Of a DNA stretch of 64,000 bases, positions 9,980 to 18,191 are shown one piece after another. Each line of letters starts with the position of its first letter. Position 1 is the stretch's first letter. The stretch covers positions 2,709 through 66,708 of IMG/VR virus record IMGVR_UViG_2706795090_000001; one strand, written 5' to 3'. The notes below the pieces were generated by a model. That model searched no databases and had not been told where the DNA came from. It worked only from the letters and a program-made list of their open reading frames with translations. Both the position numbers and the translations under genes were made by a program. The stretch is from a virus (Duplodnaviria > Caudoviricetes).

Positions 9980-10102
9980 ATGAAATCTAAAATACCACAA
10001 GATATTAAAATTTATATTGAAGGTTTTGGTGGTAAACAAGACCGTAAAAAATTACGTAAGTATTACCATGCTAAACCTGAAGTACTTACCCGAGTAATTT
10101 AA
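9980..10102 (+). CDS. small basic protein (40 aa)
   Basis: AAGGTG RBS; MKSKIPQDIK... Confidence 0.5.
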   Translation: MKSKIPQDIKIYIEGFGGKQDRKKLRKYYHAKPEVLTRVI

Positions 10103-10196
10103 AACACTAAAGACTTCTTTAATAACTATGTTGAATAATAACTAATCTAGGGTAGTATCTATATGACTGTTCCAACAATCTAATGAGGTAAGTTAC

Positions 10197-10397
10197 ATGG
10201 ATACTGTTCTATATTGGTTTCAAATTGTTCTAACTGTATTTGGTGCTGCATCTGTAATAGTAGCTGCTCTTAAACCAATTGCAGCTCTTACAGAAACCAA
10301 GAAAGATGATGAACTGTTGTATAAGATTGGCAAAGGTCTAGATGTAGTTATCAAAGTTCTAGATAAACTAGCTGTTAATACAACTCCTAAGAAGTAA
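10197..10397 (+). CDS. putative holin
   Basis: N-terminal TM helix; LTETKKDDE motif; upstream of the spanin-like pair. Confidence 0.55.
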   Translation: MDTVLYWFQIVLTVFGAASVIVAALKPIAALTETKKDDELLYKIGKGLDVVIKVLDKLAVNTTPKK

Positions 10398-10403
10398 TCT
10401 CTT

Positions 10404-10619
10404 ATGGATTATTCAAAAATTCTAAGTGCTATCAGTGAGGTAGCACTTTTTATTATTAGGTTAGTTAAGAAATCTAATAAGGATGATTATGAAAACAATC
10501 GTCTTAAAGAAGAATCTGATGCTGCTGATGCTTTTGAGTCTAAGTTCAACCCTCACGGGTTGTCAGGTGGTAAATCAGAAGTGTCAGGTAACAACACCAA
10601 TCCTAGTGAAAGGGGTTGA
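10404..10619 (+). CDS. putative inner-membrane spanin (Rz-like)
   Basis: N-terminal hydrophobic segment; overlapped out of frame by a lipoprotein gene. Confidence 0.5.
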   Translation: MDYSKILSAISEVALFIIRLVKKSNKDDYENNRLKEESDAADAFESKFNPHGLSGGKSEVSGNNTNPSERG

Positions 10620-10713
10620 TTACCAAAGAGTAGGTAATGAAATCTTTCTAATGCCTATTGGAACTCAACGACTATTAGACTATATTCATGATTTAGAAGA
10701 ATGTAGTTTATAA
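10483..10713 (+). CDS. putative outer-membrane spanin lipoprotein (Rz1-like)
   Basis: hydrophobic leader ending LTGC lipobox; overlaps the previous gene. Confidence 0.55.
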   Translation: MIMKTIVLKKNLMLLMLLSLSSTLTGCQVVNQKCQVTTPILVKGVDYQRVGNEIFLMPIGTQRLLDYIHDLEECSL

Positions 10714-10722
10714 AGGAATTAC

Positions 10723-10833
10723 ATGAGAAAGAACAAGAGATACAAAAGAGATTTAAACAATCGTAGCAATCATCGTTCTTATGTGAATACTGTATTCAAA
10801 CGCCGCCGTGTATCGCTACCTGTGGCAAACTAA
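10723..10833 (+). CDS. Arg/Lys-rich peptide (36 aa)
   Basis: AAGGA RBS; MRKNKRYKRD...KRRRV. Confidence 0.45.
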   Translation: MRKNKRYKRDLNNRSNHRSYVNTVFKRRRVSLPVAN

Positions 10834-10876
10834 AACAACTGTCAGTGTAAATAAACGAGTTGTTTAACCCTAGACT

Positions 10877-10903
10877 AGCCTACCAAGTGTAGGCTTTTCT
10901 TTT
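10877..10903 (+). terminator. intrinsic terminator
   Basis: AGCCTAC/GTAGGCT stem followed by T-run. Confidence 0.65.
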
Positions 10904-10925
10904 ACCATTAAATAGGAACCAATGT

Positions 10926-11252
10926 ATGAACAATGAATTCGTAGTAATGGTTACATATACCTGTCCTGTTTGTTTTAAAGAACACTCACGTAATGTCGAG
11001 ATTCTGATTCACAAACAAATGAAACCAATCAAAAATACTAAAGCTGGTCATCGACTATGTGATGAACATTACAAAGATGGTTATATATGTTTGGTTGAAG
11101 TTGATCCTGTAACTGAATGTACTACTGGAACTTACATGTATGTGCGTGAAGAAGTGTATCCTCAGTTATTTAATGTTGAACGTGGTGAACATGAGTTTGT
11201 ATTCATCGAACCAAGTGCTACTGAAAAGTTACGTTCAACGATTCCTGAATAA
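10926..11252 (+). CDS. hypothetical zinc-binding protein
   Basis: CPVC...CDEH. Confidence 0.7.
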   Translation: MNNEFVVMVTYTCPVCFKEHSRNVEILIHKQMKPIKNTKAGHRLCDEHYKDGYICLVEVDPVTECTTGTYMYVREEVYPQLFNVERGEHEFVFIEPSATEKLRSTIPE

Positions 11253-11279
11253 ATTTATGTGTGAGGCTTCGCCTCTAAT

Positions 11280-11790
11280 GTGATGATTGATTAACTAAGA
11301 TAACTTTGCCTATCGGTTCCATTGGTTCGCAGATAAAAGGTTCTAGCTAAGTAAGCGATTCTTAGGTTTTAGTTAATCACACCCTTCGGGTGTTAATGTG
11401 AAAACATAAACAGTTCTCGTGTTGTGCATGTCACACAGCAAGTAGATGCTGCTAATTGGTCTACAGAGTGAGTGAGAGGCTCATACCTAAGTGAATTTAC
11501 ACATACAGATTATCTATCCCCTCGATTTCTCATCTGCCATGTCATCGTAGATAGTCTGTAGTTGTAAATTCATTTGTTAGTCCTAAGTGATCTTGGTTCT
11601 GTAATAGGAACCAAGTGACCTTATATTTAATTTTGTAATACCTACCTATTTAACTTTAAACATTATTTATGAACTAGACACCCATATGTAATGCTTATAG
11701 AGAATCCACTAAGGGTAATATTCTATTAGCTGACACTATATGAATCTTACTGGTAGGTATTACCACATGCATTTATTTGAGTGTATGTGA
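11280..11790. ncRNA. putative structured non-coding RNA locus
   Basis: no long ORF; long inverted repeats (11288/11379, 11491/11573, 11592/11615, 11637/11761). Confidence 0.4.
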
Positions 11791-11922
11791 ATTAACATTA
11801 ACTTTTATCGTTTAGAAATAAACTGATTTTGATTGAGTTATTCAGTGTTCATTGCCCTACGTAAGTGGGGCTATTTTTTATATAAATTTCATCACGTTTA
11901 CAACACTAACAGGAGTAATGTA

Positions 11923-12084
11923 ATGGATGATAAAAAATCACTAGAACAAGCAACAAGAGATTTGTTGTTCTCTCTGGAAACTCTTGTTATTCCTAAGTTT
12001 GCTCATGCAGCTGAACAACTTCGCAAAGCAGAAGATAACTATCACCAAGCGTGTAATAAACTTAAAGAAATAAACCGTAAATAA
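11923..12084 (+). CDS. hypothetical protein
   Basis: AGGAG RBS before MDDKKSLEQ. Confidence 0.6.
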   Translation: MDDKKSLEQATRDLLFSLETLVIPKFAHAAEQLRKAEDNYHQACNKLKEINRK

Positions 12085-12103
12085 TTTTATATAGGAGATA
12101 CCC

Positions 12104-12415
12104 ATGTGTTCTAAATGTGGTCAACCAGATTGTCTAGGTGTCGAACCAACTTTTGAAGTTACTCAAGCTGAAAAGATTACTCTTATGAAGCTTGGTATTT
12201 TGTTAGAGAATGGGATGGATACAAGTATTCCACCTGAAGCAAAGAAATCTTTGATGTTTGTAACTAAAATCATCGAAGGTGTAGTTGCAGATAAAGCACC
12301 ATTCGTAGCTATTGAGAAAGAAGATAAAGCATTTGAACTTTATCAAGAATACATTTCTCAAGATGAGGTAATCCAAGATTTACCTTCATCACCAAACCAA
12401 CCAATTTTACATTAA
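12104..12415 (+). CDS. hypothetical protein
   Basis: AGGAG RBS; N-terminal CxxC. Confidence 0.7.
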   Translation: MCSKCGQPDCLGVEPTFEVTQAEKITLMKLGILLENGMDTSIPPEAKKSLMFVTKIIEGVVADKAPFVAIEKEDKAFELYQEYISQDEVIQDLPSSPNQPILH

Positions 12416-12416
12416 T

Positions 12417-12893
12417 ATGGTTAAATTGTTCTTACTCACAGCAATTCTATTTACACCATGTTCCTTTGCCCTTACACAAGAGTGTAAGGAACTCATGCTT
12501 ACTATTTCTTCTGCTGATTTATATGATGAAACGGGTAGTATTACTAATACATATGACTGCACTACTAAAACAATAGTGGTGGATACCAGTATAGATTTCA
12601 GTATTTCACCAGAAGTTTACAATAGTTATAAAGATAAGTTCTTTGATAATTATTGTTTTAATATGGGTAAGATTTATTACTCATCTACTTACTTACAACA
12701 AGCTTGGCTAAAACACACTTACTCCACAATCATCTATGTTATTAGACACCCACTTGTTCCAAGGACTGTTTATAACATCAGTTATGATGATTGCATTGCT
12801 AAGATTGAACCAAACTTAATTGATTTATCCGATGATGAATTTGAACGGATAAAGCAAGTACAACAATTAAAATACAAAGCCAGCAGTCAGTAA
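12417..12893 (+). CDS. exported/periplasmic protein
   Basis: signal peptide ending SFA; paired Cys residues. Confidence 0.6.
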   Translation: MVKLFLLTAILFTPCSFALTQECKELMLTISSADLYDETGSITNTYDCTTKTIVVDTSIDFSISPEVYNSYKDKFFDNYCFNMGKIYYSSTYLQQAWLKHTYSTIIYVIRHPLVPRTVYNISYDDCIAKIEPNLIDLSDDEFERIKQVQQLKYKASSQ

Positions 12894-12894
12894 T

Positions 12895-13180
12895 TTGAGG
12901 CGTGTATGGCGCATGAAAGATGGTGTCCCAGCTAAACCGTGGTAACCCATGCCTATAGTTTCGAGGAAGCACTTGACCAAGAGGTTTACACGTTGAGGTA
13001 TAAATACGTGGTTTTCCTACTTGGTTCGTTGAAGGGGTGTAATAACGGATAGCAGTAAGTGAACCCTTCCTCCTATTGGGGTGCGAGCTTACCGTAAATC
13101 CTACGCTACAGGATAGAATAGTCTCCTAGAGACTATTCTTAAGTTTATTATTAATAAATTTAAGTGTAGTCTCTAGAGTC
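12895..13180. ncRNA. putative multi-stem non-coding RNA
   Basis: GC-richer gap without an ORF; nested complementary segments and a long terminal hairpin. Confidence 0.4.
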
Positions 13181-13205
13181 TTTGTATAAGTGTACGGAGA
13201 TTATT

Positions 13206-13346
13206 ATGAAAGCTTGGTATGAGAAAATGGTAAACCAAAAGAAAGAAGAATATCAGAAGTTGTTAGATGAGGGTAAAACCGATGAAGCAATGAAAGTATT
13301 CACTGAAATGGAAGATTACCAGAAGCTCTTAAATAAATATTCATAA
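13206..13346 (+). CDS. hypothetical protein (46 aa)
   Basis: GGAG RBS; MKAWYEKMV...; followed by a terminator. Confidence 0.65.
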   Translation: MKAWYEKMVNQKKEEYQKLLDEGKTDEAMKVFTEMEDYQKLLNKYS

Positions 13347-13353
13347 TGTTTAT

Positions 13354-13380
13354 TAGCCTCTTCGGAGGCTATTTTTATTT
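13354..13380 (+). terminator. intrinsic terminator
   Basis: TAGCCTC-TTCG-GAGGCTA followed by T-run. Confidence 0.85.
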
Positions 13381-13392
13381 GGAGAACTAAAG

Positions 13393-13848
13393 TTGAAATA
13401 TGTAACTAATCTAGATGCAGATTCAATTGTAGATATGCGAGATAACCGAGGATATACATGGGAAGTAATTTCACTGTTAATGGGTTATTCCACATCTACT
13501 TGCCAGCATCACTACAATAAACGTAAGTATGATAATCATAAGTACTTTGGTGATTTTCTACCTTACTTAAAAGAGTACGAGTTTAAAAGTGATAACACAA
13601 TTCATCATGTTACTGAAGCTTATGAATTAGCTAAGTCACTTGGTTTAAAAATGTCTAAGAGACAATTCAGATTAAACCTAATTAAACATAGAATTCCGAT
13701 TGGTAATATTGCTACGAATTTACGTATGGAAGAGTTACAACAGTTAATCAACACAGCCAATGAACCATTAGATAGTCTAGTTAATAAAGTATTCCATGAT
13801 TACTCTTATCAGCGTAGACGTTCTTTAATTAGGAAATTATCTAAATGA
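13393..13848 (+). CDS. HTH-containing protein
   Basis: N-terminal GYTWEVISLLMGYSTSTC HTH pattern; GGAG RBS and TTG start. Confidence 0.6.
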   Translation: MKYVTNLDADSIVDMRDNRGYTWEVISLLMGYSTSTCQHHYNKRKYDNHKYFGDFLPYLKEYEFKSDNTIHHVTEAYELAKSLGLKMSKRQFRLNLIKHRIPIGNIATNLRMEELQQLINTANEPLDSLVNKVFHDYSYQRRRSLIRKLSK

Positions 13849-14138
13849 ATACAGACTATATTGAAACCAAGAATACTGAGTTTCATTCCAAGCACTATGA
13901 AACACAAGGTATCGAACCAATTGAATACATTAGTAGTAATAAACTAGATTTCAACCGTGGTTCTATCGTTAAGTATGCTCATCGAGCTGGTGATAAAGCA
14001 GGCCAAGAAGTCTTAGATATTAAAAAGATTATTGACTATGCGATGCTACTAGGATTTCAAGAAAGTATTCAAATTAACCGGGAAGATATTATTCAACTGG
14101 TTAATTACAGATTTGATTGGATTGAAAAGAGAAAGTAA
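13845..14138 (+). CDS. DUF3310/SaV-like protein
   Basis: HY...IEPIEYI...F.RG.IVKY..RAG.K...DI.K. Confidence 0.75.
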   Translation: MNTDYIETKNTEFHSKHYETQGIEPIEYISSNKLDFNRGSIVKYAHRAGDKAGQEVLDIKKIIDYAMLLGFQESIQINREDIIQLVNYRFDWIEKRK

Positions 14139-14140
14139 CT

Positions 14141-14323
14141 ATGTACTTTAATGTTGAATATTCTAAACATGCTAATGGTTTTGTACCTTCCTGTATAGAT
14201 ATGAATAAATTAGCTAAACGTTTCAATCAAGAAACTAAGAAGCTTCTTTCAGAAGCTAATGTGAAAACTAAAGTATTCATTCGTAAAAGACCCGCGAAAG
14301 ATTACTTCCCTATTATTACGTAA
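14141..14323 (+). CDS. hypothetical protein
   Basis: 60-aa ORF in operon. Confidence 0.55.
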   Translation: MYFNVEYSKHANGFVPSCIDMNKLAKRFNQETKKLLSEANVKTKVFIRKRPAKDYFPIIT

Positions 14324-14336
14324 TAAAGGAAATACA

Positions 14337-14975
14337 ATGTCTAAAATTAATTGGGATAATGCGCCAGAAGGTACAACTCATGCACATTCTCAAACCGGTA
14401 TGTTTTACAAAGTAGAAGGTACTACTGTACTTGTCTATGGTGAAAATGGTTGGGGTAAATCACGAGTTCAAGCTGGTGCTTCTACTCTTGTAGAAATTCC
14501 TAAGCAATCTGAACCAATGGTTAAAACTATTGAAGCTTCTTCTAAAGAAGATTTGATTCGTCAGTTGAAAGCTCTTGGTTTCCCTTCTGAATTAATCCAA
14601 ACAATGGCTGGCATGGTTGAAGAAAATGAACCAACTTCACATCATGTACGCAATCCAGATTCTATTTCCGATAAAGAAGTAGAAATGGTACAAGACCATT
14701 TAGAAATTGCTTTCAATGCTCTACCTAAGTTTGATGGTGCTAGTGAAGAAACCAAAGACGTACTAATTGATTTTGGCGTAGATTTGGTTCGTGAACTATG
14801 GGCAATGGGCTGGGAACCAGTACAACCTAAGGAGTCAATGAATGATGATGAACTTGCTGAAGTAATCAAACAGGTATCTGAACTGTTGATTCGTAAAACT
14901 AATGCCCCTGTTAAAGCTACACTAGGTAGTGTTACTTTTATCCTAGCTGCGCTACGTGAACTAGGTCATATCTAA
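14337..14975 (+). CDS. hypothetical protein
   Basis: INWDNAPEGTTH N-terminus; AAGGA RBS; followed by a terminator. Confidence 0.75.
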   Translation: MSKINWDNAPEGTTHAHSQTGMFYKVEGTTVLVYGENGWGKSRVQAGASTLVEIPKQSEPMVKTIEASSKEDLIRQLKALGFPSELIQTMAGMVEENEPTSHHVRNPDSISDKEVEMVQDHLEIAFNALPKFDGASEETKDVLIDFGVDLVRELWAMGWEPVQPKESMNDDELAEVIKQVSELLIRKTNAPVKATLGSVTFILAALRELGHI

Positions 14976-14985
14976 GTATAAATTA

Positions 14986-15015
14986 ATAGGGAACCAATTA
15001 GGTTCCCTATTTTTA
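14986..15015 (+). terminator. intrinsic terminator
   Basis: AATAGGGAACC/GGTTCCCTATT stem followed by T-run. Confidence 0.75.
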
Positions 15016-15035
15016 TTTCAAATAGGGACTAAACA

Positions 15036-15491
15036 ATGTTATTCAAATTAAAAGATAAACTATGGAACCAAGTATACGAAACTGTAATTAATGAAACTCC
15101 TACCCAATCTACTGTGGTACTTACTGGTTCACCTTTCATGCAACATCCTCCATTAGTTAACTGGAGATGTCACCATAACTCTGCTTGGTATCTTAAGAAT
15201 AATGAAAATATAGTAGCAGTTGCTAAAGGATTCTACATTGACACTGCTGGTAATAATCCTATAGCTCACTTTGTATGTTTAGATTCTTTAGGTAATTGGT
15301 TTGACCCAACACTACCTTTAGAATTTGTAAAAGATAAGAAGTTCTACATACATACACTGTTTAAATCTACAGAAACTTTCAACAGTAGTAATGCTTCTGA
15401 ACATTTAATTCAAATGAAGTACACTATGTACAATACTTTGAGTAAATGGCAGAAATTACTATTGGTGCGAAGAAAGGAAGATAACTTCTAG
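15036..15491 (+). CDS. hypothetical protein, possible Cys-His-Asp fold
   Basis: RCHHNS...AHF...WFDPT resembles a transglutaminase/papain-like triad. Confidence 0.5.
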   Translation: MLFKLKDKLWNQVYETVINETPTQSTVVLTGSPFMQHPPLVNWRCHHNSAWYLKNNENIVAVAKGFYIDTAGNNPIAHFVCLDSLGNWFDPTLPLEFVKDKKFYIHTLFKSTETFNSSNASEHLIQMKYTMYNTLSKWQKLLLVRRKEDNF

Positions 15492-15496
15492 AAATG

Positions 15497-15527
15497 AATA
15501 GGTCACAACTAAGTGACCTATTTTTAT
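15497..15527. terminator. intrinsic terminator
   Basis: AATAGGTCAC/GTGACCTATT stem followed by T-run. Confidence 0.7.
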
Positions 15528-15605
15528 TTATGCTAATGTAACTGCTACTGCTAATACTGGGCTAGCTGTTAAACATAAACATACTGTCCATAGTAAATTA
15601 AACAT
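15528..15605 (-). CDS. 25-aa hydrophobic peptide
   Basis: MFNLLWTVCLCLTASPVLAVAVTLA with AAGGA upstream. Confidence 0.4.
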   Translation of the reverse strand: MFNLLWTVCLCLTASPVLAVAVTLA

Positions 15606-15637
15606 ATCTTATATCCTTATATGACTTTTAAACTATT

Positions 15638-15850
15638 TTAAAAACCAAGAAAAATAAATGTATTGAATTCAATCTGCGGTGCTTTGTAATCTGTCTGAGT
15701 AACTCCACCATTAAGATTAAATGAGTGCGAGTGTGGTGATAATTCATTACCAGAGAAAGCAGGGTTATGTACAAAAGCTCTACCATTACGTACCTGACCT
15801 TTAAACTTATCTGAAGTAGTACTGTTAGGTGCGTGGTCTGATATTGGTGT
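15638..15850 (-). pseudogene. possible tail-fibre tip remnant
   Basis: open frame without a start codon: ...FSGNELSPHSHSF...KAPQIEFNTFIFLGF*. Confidence 0.4.
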
Positions 15851-16118
15851 TCATTTGTTAGTTGCAAATATTTTTGTAGTTATAATCTATTTCCTCAAAG
15901 GTCATAAATAATGATGCAATTATAGCTTACATAAATAACATTAAGGAAATACAACCCTTCGGGTTGTAAGGTGGTTTACCAGAAGTGAACTATCCCTATT
16001 GTATTTATGTGCTTCCTTAGCATCTAAACAATTATCTAACCATAACTTTTAAAGTCAACTTCGTTGACTCATTTGAAAATCTTTTATTTAACTTAATTAA
16101 ACTTATTGGAGAACATAC

Positions 16119-16306
16119 ATGTCCCTTAATCGCGTAACACTGAAACAAGCTGAAAAATATGCAAAAGCAGTTATCCAAGTTAAACGAGTACCTTATGTGG
16201 CAGGAAGCCCGGGAGTTGGAAAATCTAAAATGTTTGAAGCTATTGCGCGCCAAGCCAATTTAAAAATGGTAGATATTCGCCTAGCTCAAGAAGACCCAAC
16301 CACGAT
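16119..16306 (+). CDS. AAA+ ATPase (N4 gp24-like), exon 1
   Basis: Walker A GSPGVGKS; DIRLAQEDPT. Confidence 0.88.
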
Positions 16307-17189
16307 TAACGTAGCTTAGTGCTACATGGTCATTCATACCAGTAATGGTATGTCTAAAGTTACCTAAAACGGAGAAAATCCTATCTTTCTTTGGTAAACC
16401 ATTCTATAGTAGGATGTATTATGAAAGAAAGAGGACAACTTACCGTGCTAAGTAATAATGAAATCTGGAAACCAATTGAAGAGTTTTTAGGCAGGTATGA
16501 AATATCTAACCTAGGTAGAGTTCGCTCACTAGAGGATAATCATGGCAAACCTGTAGAACGTATTAAGACTTTGTCTTTAAATCAAACAGGGTATTATGAA
16601 GTACAATTATCTATAAAAGATAAAAACTATCATAGAACCATACATAGGTTAGTAGCTTTAGCTTTTATACCTAATCCAGATTGCAAGCCACATATAAATC
16701 ATAAAGATGGTAATAAACTAAATAATTCATTAGATAATCTTGAATGGTGTACCCCTAGAGAAAACATTCAACATGCTTATGATACTGGTTTAAATACCTC
16801 TAACGCTGAATCCTTAAAAGGAAACAAATGGGGAAAATCATCTAAGTACCATAATGTCTCTTGGGATAATACCAGAGGAAAATGGAAAGCTTCTTTAAAA
16901 GAAAAGCAAAAGATGGTATTCCAAAAAAGATTTGATTCTGAAATAGAAGCAGCACTTTATGTAAATATGATGCTTGATTCTCTTGGGGATACTAAAAGAC
17001 CAAGGAATATCATTATTTAAAAGCCTAACGACTAGAGCTGAAATGCTCGTACAACCAAGCGGTTGGAAATGGTAACCACCCTAGTGATAGGGTGTTGATA
17101 TAGTCTGCTCTGCGTAGTAATACGTAGCAGTTCAAGTGTAGAACGGACTTGAACGGGGAGGGAATTAGCGAACCCTCCTGAACATTTGG
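16307..17189 (+). mobile_element. group I intron in AAA ATPase
   Basis: AU|UAA pairs with UUAGU (U.G); P7 GACTA 17030 / TAGTC 17101; terminal G 17189; splicing gives DPTTI-NGFP in a 377-aa product. Confidence 0.87.
16391..17020 (+). CDS. intron-encoded NUMOD4-HNH-AP2 homing endonuclease
   Basis: EIWKPI..YEISNLGRV; HRLVA..INHKDGNKLNN..NLEW; AP2-like C-terminus; real start probably ATG 16421. Confidence 0.9.
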   Translation: MVNHSIVGCIMKERGQLTVLSNNEIWKPIEEFLGRYEISNLGRVRSLEDNHGKPVERIKTLSLNQTGYYEVQLSIKDKNYHRTIHRLVALAFIPNPDCKPHINHKDGNKLNNSLDNLEWCTPRENIQHAYDTGLNTSNAESLKGNKWGKSSKYHNVSWDNTRGKWKASLKEKQKMVFQKRFDSEIEAALYVNMMLDSLGDTKRPRNIII

Positions 17190-18135
17190 CAATGGCTTTC
17201 CCACTCTAGACGGTGGTCGTTCTAAATATCTACCACCTGCACTATTCCCATTGAAAGGTGATTCACTACCTGTTAAAGAAGGTATGGAAGCACAATACAA
17301 ACAAATGGTTGATGCAGCACAAGGTGATAAAACCAAACTAAAACAAGCTGTAGAAACCTGTTGTTATTCTGGCTGGTTAATCTTCTTTGATGAATTACCT
17401 TCTGCACCTCGTTCAGTTCAAGCCGCTGCTTATAAGATTATTCTTGACCGTTTGATTGGCAATACTCCATTACATGATCGTTGTTACCTAGCAGCCGCAG
17501 GTAACCTTGCTACTGATAATGCAATCGTAAATGAAATTGGTACTGCATTGCGTTCACGTATGGTACATATCCATGTTGCATCTAACCCAGATGATTACAT
17601 CAAACTGGCTTCTAAACTAGGTGTAGATACTCGTATTATCTCTTACTTGGCTTATAAGAAGGATGTAGTAAACAACTTCGATAAGTTTAACTCTGGTTCG
17701 GCAGATGAAACGTTTGCTTGTGAACGTACTTGGGAATTTGCCTCAGATATTCTTAAATGTATTTCACCAAACCAAGCATCCCCAATTGATGATGAATGGG
17801 CAGACCTACTAGCAGGTACTGTTGGTTCAGTTGCTTATGAATTTGTTACCTTTACCCATGCATTTAAAGATCTCCCATCTATTGATGAGATTCTTAAAGA
17901 TCCAACTACAGCAATGATTCCAGATAAACCAGCAGTTCGTTGGTTGCTTACTGGTATGCTTGTAGGTCATGCAAAGATGGATAACATTGATGTATTGATG
18001 GATTACATTAACCGCCTACCTAAAGAGTTTATCTTTGTAGCAGTTAAAATGCTTTGGGGTAAAGCTGATGAGTTCCTAAGCAACCCAAAAGTTGAAACAG
18101 CATTCTCTGAAATTGGTGACCTACTTCTAGGTTAA
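17190..18135 (+). CDS. AAA+ ATPase, exon 2
   Basis: Walker B LIFFDE; AAGN; ALRSR; ERTWE. Confidence 0.88.
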
Positions 18136-18191
18136 TTTATCTCTATTGGTTCCCTTAATGCAGGGAACCTTTCTTTTATTAGGAGTCTATA

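Noticed and set aside
11253-13200. tRNA genes in the intergenic gaps (GGTTCG at ~11325 and ~13023)
   Set aside because: Could not build an acceptor stem, T-arm or anticodon arm around either match
15628-15867. 79-aa minus-strand ORF in the track
   Set aside because: No RBS, and the overlapping frame 15638..15850 looks more protein-like
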